DNA from: a virus
Taxonomy: Duplodnaviria > Heunggongvirae > Uroviricota > Caudoviricetes
Strand: one strand, 5' to 3'
IMG/VR virus record: IMGVR_UViG_3300045971_000195
Span: 64,001 to 76,227 of that record
Length of the DNA: 12,227 bases
Shown here: one piece after another, positions 7,905 through 12,227 of the stretch
Position numbering within the stretch: the stretch's first letter is position 1
How the letters are laid out: the number at the start of each line of letters is the position of its first letter
Translations under genes and position numbers: made by a program
The notes under the pieces: generated by a model
What the model was told of the DNA's origin: nothing
Seen by the model: the letters and a program-made list of their open reading frames with translations, nothing else
The model's database searches: none

Positions 7905-8576
7905 ATGTTATCACAAAAAACAATTGCCTATGTAAGTCCGAACAAGGATACTACTATAGAAGTAGTATTCGGTATAAAAGTTTCGAACCATGATTCGATT
8001 CAAGAAATTTTACCGTTATTGAGTACGTTAAAGTTTAACACAGATTTAATTCTGATTGACATTGAGAAATTTTCCGAGTTTAGTGGATCGGATGTTTATG
8101 ATATCGTGAACTCTTTGGCAACATTAATAAACTGCACTGTATGCAGAATCGAACCAGGTAAACCAGTTCGAAGACGAGCATTTATTGCAGTTGCAGTTGA
8201 TACTGACACAGATGTAACTATAATGAAGCAAGCCCTTAGTTCCAATATCGTTGGGCTGTATCCAAGGGGGTTAGGATTTACACTTGATGAAAAGAAATGT
8301 GCAATTACTAAGTTGCTCTCCGGTGAATCTCATATACCCGAGAAAATTTCCGAATTAATTAAACCTAAAAAGAAAACAAAGCAAAACAAAGGTATCGAGT
8401 TAACTATCAGACAGGAACAAATTCTCACTCTAATTAAGGAACGTGGATCAAGCAATAAGATGATTGCTCGAACTCTTGATATTTCCGAAAGTACTGTTAA
8501 ACTCCATGTATCGTTGATCTTTAAAAAGTTCGGTGTTAAAAACAGAACACAACTTGCAGTGTTTTCAAAAATCTAA
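7905..8576 (+). CDS. NarL/FixJ-type response regulator (degenerate receiver + LuxR HTH), about 223 aa
   Basis: C-terminal LTIRQEQILTLI...SNKMIARTLDISESTVKLHVSLIFKKFGVKNRTQL is a classic LuxR HTH. DLILIDI and KQALSSNIVGLYPR resemble receiver beta3 and alpha4-beta5. ATG 7905 has GGAG 6 nt upstream and gives typical NarL length; the track's 7809 start lacks an SD. Confidence 0.85.
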   Translation: MLSQKTIAYVSPNKDTTIEVVFGIKVSNHDSIQEILPLLSTLKFNTDLILIDIEKFSEFSGSDVYDIVNSLATLINCTVCRIEPGKPVRRRAFIAVAVDTDTDVTIMKQALSSNIVGLYPRGLGFTLDEKKCAITKLLSGESHIPEKISELIKPKKKTKQNKGIELTIRQEQILTLIKERGSSNKMIARTLDISESTVKLHVSLIFKKFGVKNRTQLAVFSKI

Positions 8577-8585
8577 CGGAAGTAC

Positions 8586-8612
8586 AGCCTCTGCAATAGT
8601 GTAGGTTTTTTT
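8586..8612 (+). terminator. Possible weak intrinsic terminator after the LuxR-type gene
   Basis: Imperfect hairpin agcctctgc-aata-gtgtaggtt (G-U pairs, one mismatch) running into T7. Confidence 0.45.
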
Positions 8613-8651
8613 ACCTCTTAAAGTTTTAAGTAATAGTGAGAGGAAGGAAAT

Positions 8652-8723
8652 ATGCATACATCAAATTCGGTATGTATAACAGCAACAACTGTTGCAATAC
8701 AACCGAACCTTTCACAACTTTAA
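8652..8723 (+). CDS. Putative 23-aa small ORF (MHTSNSVCITATTVAIQPNLSQL), absent from the ORF track
   Basis: ATG 8652 follows purine-rich GAGAGGAAGGAAAT; TAA at 8721-8723 lies 4 nt before the next gene's SD. Confidence 0.35.
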   Translation: MHTSNSVCITATTVAIQPNLSQL

Positions 8724-8739
8724 TCTCAGGAGATATAAA

Positions 8740-9513
8740 ATGGCAGATATTGTAACCGGCACTGTAACAGGCCAAGTAGACAACACAGCGTTATTACAAG
8801 ATAACGCAGACATTCGTCGTGAAAACGCACAGTATAGTTCAGACATTCGTCGTGAAACCGCTAAAGAAGCAAACGACTTGCAATTAGAAAATATGAAGGG
8901 ATTTGACCGTGTTAATGCCGACGTATTGAGATCAGGATGGGCAAACACAGATGCAACTAAAGACGCACGTTTTGAAATTGCAGATCGCATCGCGCAAACA
9001 TCCGCTATGGACTCAGCTCAAGGAACAGCTTTCTACATTTCAGCTCAAAAGAACGCAACAGATGCTGCAACAGCTCTTGCCGGCCTTACAGCACTGCAAG
9101 CCGCTAACACAGCAGCGATCCAACGCGAAGTAGCATCTAATGGCGATCGTGTCGCAGCAGCAAATGCGTTAGAAGCAGCTAAGAACGCAGCAGCAACAAT
9201 TGTAGGTCAATTACAACTTACTGGTGTTGTTCGTGATGAAGGCGATAGAACTCGTGCTTTGATTAACGATCTAAAATATCACGATCTAAGTCGTGCACTT
9301 GTAGAACGCAATGCAGAGTTGGTAGAAGAACGCGAAGGTCGTCGTCACTGGAGAGACTCTGCTGGCCAAAATCAATTTGGTGCACAGTTTGCTCAACTAC
9401 AAAGTATGATGCAAAATTTCAACAGTCAACTATCTGACACCCGTCAGGGCATGGTTAACCTAGGAACAATGACCGGTACTACTCAGTCCGCATCATCTAC
9501 AAACGTCAAGTAA
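8740..9513 (+). CDS. Ala/Gln/Asn-rich helical protein of unknown function, 257 aa, with 11-residue periodicity and a conserved-looking C-terminal QxxxNxGxM motif
   Basis: SD AGGAG at 8728-8732 and ATG 8740 (the track's TTG 8692 is unlikely). DIRRE repeated 11 aa apart; EGDRTRALIN segment; no TM helix or enzyme motif. Confidence 0.85.
   Translation: MADIVTGTVTGQVDNTALLQDNADIRRENAQYSSDIRRETAKEANDLQLENMKGFDRVNADVLRSGWANTDATKDARFEIADRIAQTSAMDSAQGTAFYISAQKNATDAATALAGLTALQAANTAAIQREVASNGDRVAAANALEAAKNAAATIVGQLQLTGVVRDEGDRTRALINDLKYHDLSRALVERNAELVEEREGRRHWRDSAGQNQFGAQFAQLQSMMQNFNSQLSDTRQGMVNLGTMTGTTQSASSTNVK
8807..8857 (+). repeat. 18-bp direct repeat (cagacattcgtcgtgaaa) at a 33-bp period
   Basis: Identical copies at 8807-8824 and 8840-8857, both covering the DIRRE codons. 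Confidence 0.95.
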
Positions 9514-9538
9514 TTAGTTCGCTTTGTGAGTAACAACT

Positions 9539-9571
9539 AAGGGCGGGTTCCAAAAGAGCTCGCCCTTTTTT
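9539..9571 (+). terminator. Strong intrinsic terminator between the 257-aa gene and the collagen-like gene
   Basis: GGGCGGGTTC-CAAAA-GAGCTCGCCC followed by T6 (10-bp stem including G-U pairs). Confidence 0.9.
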
Positions 9572-9584
9572 ACAAGGAATTAAA

Positions 9585-10103
9585 ATGAATGCGTTAGAAT
9601 CGAGACTGATACAGTTAAACGATGCGTTGCTGCGGATATCAAGGAGGGAGCCAATTGAGCTTGAATTGATTCAACAAGCAACACAGGCATTATTTGGAAC
9701 TGAGCAGCGTTTCCCAGCATTTGATACTGGACCTGGTAACGATACTGTAGTAATAAACGAAACACAACCAGGACCACCCGGGCCTCCAGGCCCAGTCGGG
9801 CCTCCAGGCCCAGTCGGTGTTTGTACTTTCACTTATCAATCAATTTTAGTAACCCAGGATTATATAGCCGTTGTAAGTGATTACTATATCGGAGTGAACA
9901 GCACCTCGACCGTTACGATAATTTTGCCTCCAAATTGTGAAAGCGGCAGCAAAATAGTAGTAAAAGCTGAAATGGGATTTCCGGATATAATAATTTCAAC
10001 AAGCGACGGAAGCACAATTGATGGAGCAGCCAACTCTATTATAGAACTACCTTGGCAATCAAAGCAACTATTTTGCCAAGGTGGCAACTGGTTTATAATT
10101 TAA
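9585..10103 (+). CDS. Short collagen-like protein with a C-terminal beta-rich domain, 172 aa
   Basis: GPP GPP GPV GPP GPV G triplets, then a C-terminal domain ending STIDG...ELPWQSKQLFCQGGNWFII, a pattern recalled from phage fibre/adhesin-associated domains. SD AAGGAA at 9574-9579. Confidence 0.8.
   Translation: MNALESRLIQLNDALLRISRREPIELELIQQATQALFGTEQRFPAFDTGPGNDTVVINETQPGPPGPPGPVGPPGPVGVCTFTYQSILVTQDYIAVVSDYYIGVNSTSTVTIILPPNCESGSKIVVKAEMGFPDIIISTSDGSTIDGAANSIIELPWQSKQLFCQGGNWFII
9780..9815 (+). repeat. Perfect tandem 18-bp duplication (gggcctccaggcccagtc x2) encoding GPPGPV x2
   Basis: Identical adjacent copies at 9780-9797 and 9798-9815. Confidence 0.95.
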
Positions 10104-10119
10104 ATTTTAGGAGTTAATC

Positions 10120-10320
10120 ATGTACTACGATCATATGCATCCATATTCACGTTATCCATATCCGTATTATCCAACACGTTCGTACTCGTACCCGTACGGT
10201 GGGTATTATCCACCGTACGATTTTGGCGGAGACATTGCGTTACATCAGTCTATTATCAATTCTGGATATATGAATAGTGTTTACCAAAATGCGCTCGTCA
10301 ACAACTTATATCGTTATTAA
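10120..10320 (+). CDS. Tyr/Pro-rich small protein, 66 aa
   Basis: SD AGGAG upstream; 17 Tyr in 66 aa (13 in the first 33); C-terminal QSIINSGYMNSVYQNALVNNL motif. Confidence 0.8.
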   Translation: MYYDHMHPYSRYPYPYYPTRSYSYPYGGYYPPYDFGGDIALHQSIINSGYMNSVYQNALVNNLYRY

Positions 10321-10329
10321 AGGAATATC

Positions 10330-10767
10330 ATGTACAAAAAAACAACTACTACAGTTGAGGAATACTTCGATGCTGCATCTCAAATTGCACCGCAAATTGC
10401 ACCTCAAGTTATGCCACCGTTTCCCTTCCCAGAAAAACCGCTGTCGGGGCCGTATGCACACCCTTTCTCCCCGCTCGCACTTCATCCAAGTGCCCGCCCA
10501 ATAGTTCCGTTAGCGATTGATCCTAAAGCATTTAAACTGATTCTTCGGTTAGATGTTCCACTAATGCTTAAATTGCTAGAATATGCTAAAGAAAGCGCAG
10601 TGTCAGATACCGCTCTTCATCAAATAGTAGAGAAGATGATCGATCTATGTGATTATGGTAAAGTGCTTGAGATGGAAGATTACAGTGCTATTATAGAGGC
10701 AACGGCACCCGTTGTTCCGCCTATTGAGCCGCCTGTCGAACCACCTGTTGTTCCTCCAACAGTGTAA
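10330..10767 (+). CDS. Hypothetical protein, 145 aa: helical core flanked by Pro-rich arms
   Basis: SD AAGGAA. Core LDVPLMLKLLEYAKE...LHQIVEKMI...LEMEDY, recalled as a recurring aquatic-phage hypothetical. QIAP repeats at the N-terminus and PVVPPIEPPVEPPVVPP tail. Confidence 0.8.
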   Translation: MYKKTTTTVEEYFDAASQIAPQIAPQVMPPFPFPEKPLSGPYAHPFSPLALHPSARPIVPLAIDPKAFKLILRLDVPLMLKLLEYAKESAVSDTALHQIVEKMIDLCDYGKVLEMEDYSAIIEATAPVVPPIEPPVEPPVVPPTV

Positions 10768-10798
10768 TCATGCGTTATCCGGCATATTATTTAATACT

Positions 10799-11248
10799 AT
10801 GGAAAATTCGATAGATCAGGCATTGTTGGAAATTTTGCGGATGGCCCGAGAGCTGACAATTAATGAATACAAAGATAGACGAGCTGAACTCCATAATCGA
10901 TGGCTTGCGGAGTCTGAACGGATGTGGCGAATGTCAAGGGCACGATTAGTGTACCCAACAATTCCGCCACATCCAACAGAGACTGAAATATTGGCCCGAG
11001 CAAAAATATTAATGAATTTTGTAGCAGTATCGGTGCCTGATACAGAACTAGTTCAGGTAGCGGAGCCGATAGTTGATGTTTTACCGACTATCGTGACGCC
11101 CCTTATGGTAGAAGTAGAACCGGAGTCACCACCAATAGTTACATCCGATCTTCCTTTGAAGACTACCCCTCCGGAGTCACTACCGCCAGGCGGAATTTTA
11201 CCGAGTGTGCGTAGACGGCTAGAAGAGATGAAAGCAGGATGGAAATAA
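10799..11248 (+). CDS. Hypothetical protein, about 149 aa, with a Pro/Glu/Val-rich C-terminal half
   Basis: First ATG after the upstream stop (no clear SD). LLEILRMAREL...EY...W...YP...PTETEILARAKILMNFV resembles a small hypothetical recalled from large phages. Confidence 0.7.
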   Translation: MENSIDQALLEILRMARELTINEYKDRRAELHNRWLAESERMWRMSRARLVYPTIPPHPTETEILARAKILMNFVAVSVPDTELVQVAEPIVDVLPTIVTPLMVEVEPESPPIVTSDLPLKTTPPESLPPGGILPSVRRRLEEMKAGWK

Positions 11249-11253
11249 TCTGC

Positions 11254-11715
11254 TTAGGTTAGCAGCTTTCTTACTTCGCCGACTAAATCATAGTAAGTAT
11301 TACACAATGGGATTTTAAATCGATCACAGATAATCTCAACGTTTCCTTTTCGCCAGAAGCCATCTGGACAACATACTATGACGGTTGAATCACTTGCTGC
11401 TGCAAGTCCTAATTCCATCAGTGTAATAGGAGACATTGTATTTGGGTCAAAATAGAATACAATAGCACTGGAGCAGGCCATTGCATCTAATTCCCAATTT
11501 ACTTGCTCTTTAAACTCCGGATTGTGAATCGATTGTACCCACGTTGGGTCCCAATTATCACGACGCGGGTTTAAGAGAACTCCGTCGTAATCAACAAGAT
11601 CGGCAACTAGGCGAGTTTGCCAATCTTCCGCGGCGCCCATCTCAATGGATCCACCTAGGAAGATTGACTTCAAGCCACCGAACGTTATATCAGCGGGCGA
11701 CTTGATCTCACGCAT
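11254..11715 (-). CDS. Nucleoside 2-deoxyribosyltransferase-like protein (Nuc_deoxyri_tr2 type), about 153 aa
   Basis: SIFLGGSI, WQ, LNPRR, QVNWELDAM, VFYFDPNTMSPITLMELG and VCCPDGFWRKGNV. ATG 11715 overlaps the upstream stop by 8 nt (ATGCGTGA); the track used TTG 11739. Confidence 0.85.
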   Translation of the reverse strand: MREIKSPADITFGGLKSIFLGGSIEMGAAEDWQTRLVADLVDYDGVLLNPRRDNWDPTWVQSIHNPEFKEQVNWELDAMACSSAIVFYFDPNTMSPITLMELGLAAASDSTVIVCCPDGFWRKGNVEIICDRFKIPLCNTYYDLVGEVRKLLT

Positions 11716-12226
11716 TGCTGTTAGCCCGAACTTCGTCAAAGGTTTGTGTAAACTTTACTTCACCATCTTCAAAGTATGTTTCCATTGCACTTACCCATTG
11801 GAAACCTTTATCAGTCCATCTGTGTGACGGAACAGTTGAAGTCTCATATTCACCACCGCAAGTGTAAAGTGATACACGACCCTTCTTAGATGCTTTTCCT
11901 GGGTCAGTTGCCGGGTCCTTGAACACATCGCGCCATACCAAAGCAGAATCCATCAGCGTTGATTCTTGTTGCTCTGTTGTGTATCGTTCACGTACACCAA
12001 CTGACGAGCACTTCATAGCAAACTTCAGTGTGTCACGGTCGCACTGTTGGAGTAATCCCCCACCCATTCCAAATGCTATGTTATCGGCAGACCAGCCAGC
12101 GACATCAACCACACAACGAAGTATGCTAGACAGAGACACAGAATTAATACCATCGCCCCAAATAACACGAACATTGTTGAGGACTTTATACCCCTTTTCA
12201 TTAGTAGTAAATCCAAACTTATCAGC
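11708..12226 (-). CDS. Nicotinamide phosphoribosyltransferase family (NAMPT/NadV or Namat-like), C-terminal part; 5' end beyond the window
   Basis: Frame is open to the window edge: FGFTTNEKGYKVLNNVRVIWGDGIN ... GWSADNIAFGMGGGLLQ ... RDTLKFAMKCS ... KDPATDPGKASKKGR ... FDEVRAN. Confidence 0.9.
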   Translation of the reverse strand, partial: ADKFGFTTNEKGYKVLNNVRVIWGDGINSVSLSSILRCVVDVAGWSADNIAFGMGGGLLQQCDRDTLKFAMKCSSVGVRERYTTEQQESTLMDSALVWRDVFKDPATDPGKASKKGRVSLYTCGGEYETSTVPSHRWTDKGFQWVSAMETYFEDGEVKFTQTFDEVRANSNA

Positions 12227-12227
12227 C

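Noticed and set aside
8155-8166. CAGGTAAACCAG inside the LuxR-type gene, resembling the promoter-spacer motif
   Set aside because: One base shorter in the A-run, in coding sequence (PGKP) and not in a promoter; likely chance.
8712-9133. ORFs 8712-8990 (-) and 8951-9133 (+) overlapping the 257-aa gene
   Set aside because: Alternative-frame by-products of an Ala-rich gene; no SD support noted.
8740-9513. Possible R-body (Reb) or gas-vesicle identity for the 257-aa protein
   Set aside because: It lacks the Reb VNxQITDxVTQ motif and the GvpA signature, and is much longer than either.
8807-9815. 18-bp repeats considered as CRISPR or DGR repeats
   Set aside because: Only two copies each, in frame within coding sequence, with no spacer array, cas or reverse-transcriptase gene.
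10770-10814. 14-codon ORF MRYPAYYLILWKIR overlapping the start of the 149-aa gene
   Set aside because: No SD and very short; cannot be supported from sequence alone.
1-12227. tRNA/rRNA genes, T4 late promoters (TATAAATA) and stop-codon recoding
   Set aside because: No cloverleaf or exact late-promoter match was spotted by eye, and recognisable genes are full length under the standard bacterial code. tRNAscan/Infernal were not run.

Overview
Gene-dense, AT-rich window that reads as part of a large tailed-phage (Caudoviricetes) genome, judged from rIIA/rIIB, phage-type accessory genes and the mosaic gene order. It has four blocks. (1) A + strand 5-aminolevulinate synthase (3' part) overlapping a YbaN/DUF454 membrane gene. 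(2) A - strand early-type block (AAA ATPase, ParB/DndB-like + HNH pair, rIIA, rIIB, DEDDh exonuclease) driven by four sigma70-consensus promoters; two of them share an 11-bp operator-like motif in the spacer. (3) A + strand island: orphan NarL/LuxR regulator, possible 23-aa sORF, 257-aa protein with 11-residue periodicity, strong terminator, mini-collagen protein, Tyr/Pro-rich 66-aa protein and two Pro-rich proteins. The 257-aa and 66-aa proteins are otherwise unrelated but end in the same Q-x-h-h-N-x-G-x-M-x4-Q-x-A-x3-N-h motif. This island is the best candidate for an undescribed system, possibly a regulated self-assembling fibre or coat. (4) A - strand NAMPT-family gene (3' part) coupled to a nucleoside-deoxyribosyltransferase-like gene. 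All family calls come from motif recognition; no database searches were run. No tRNA, rRNA, CRISPR array or IS element was seen.
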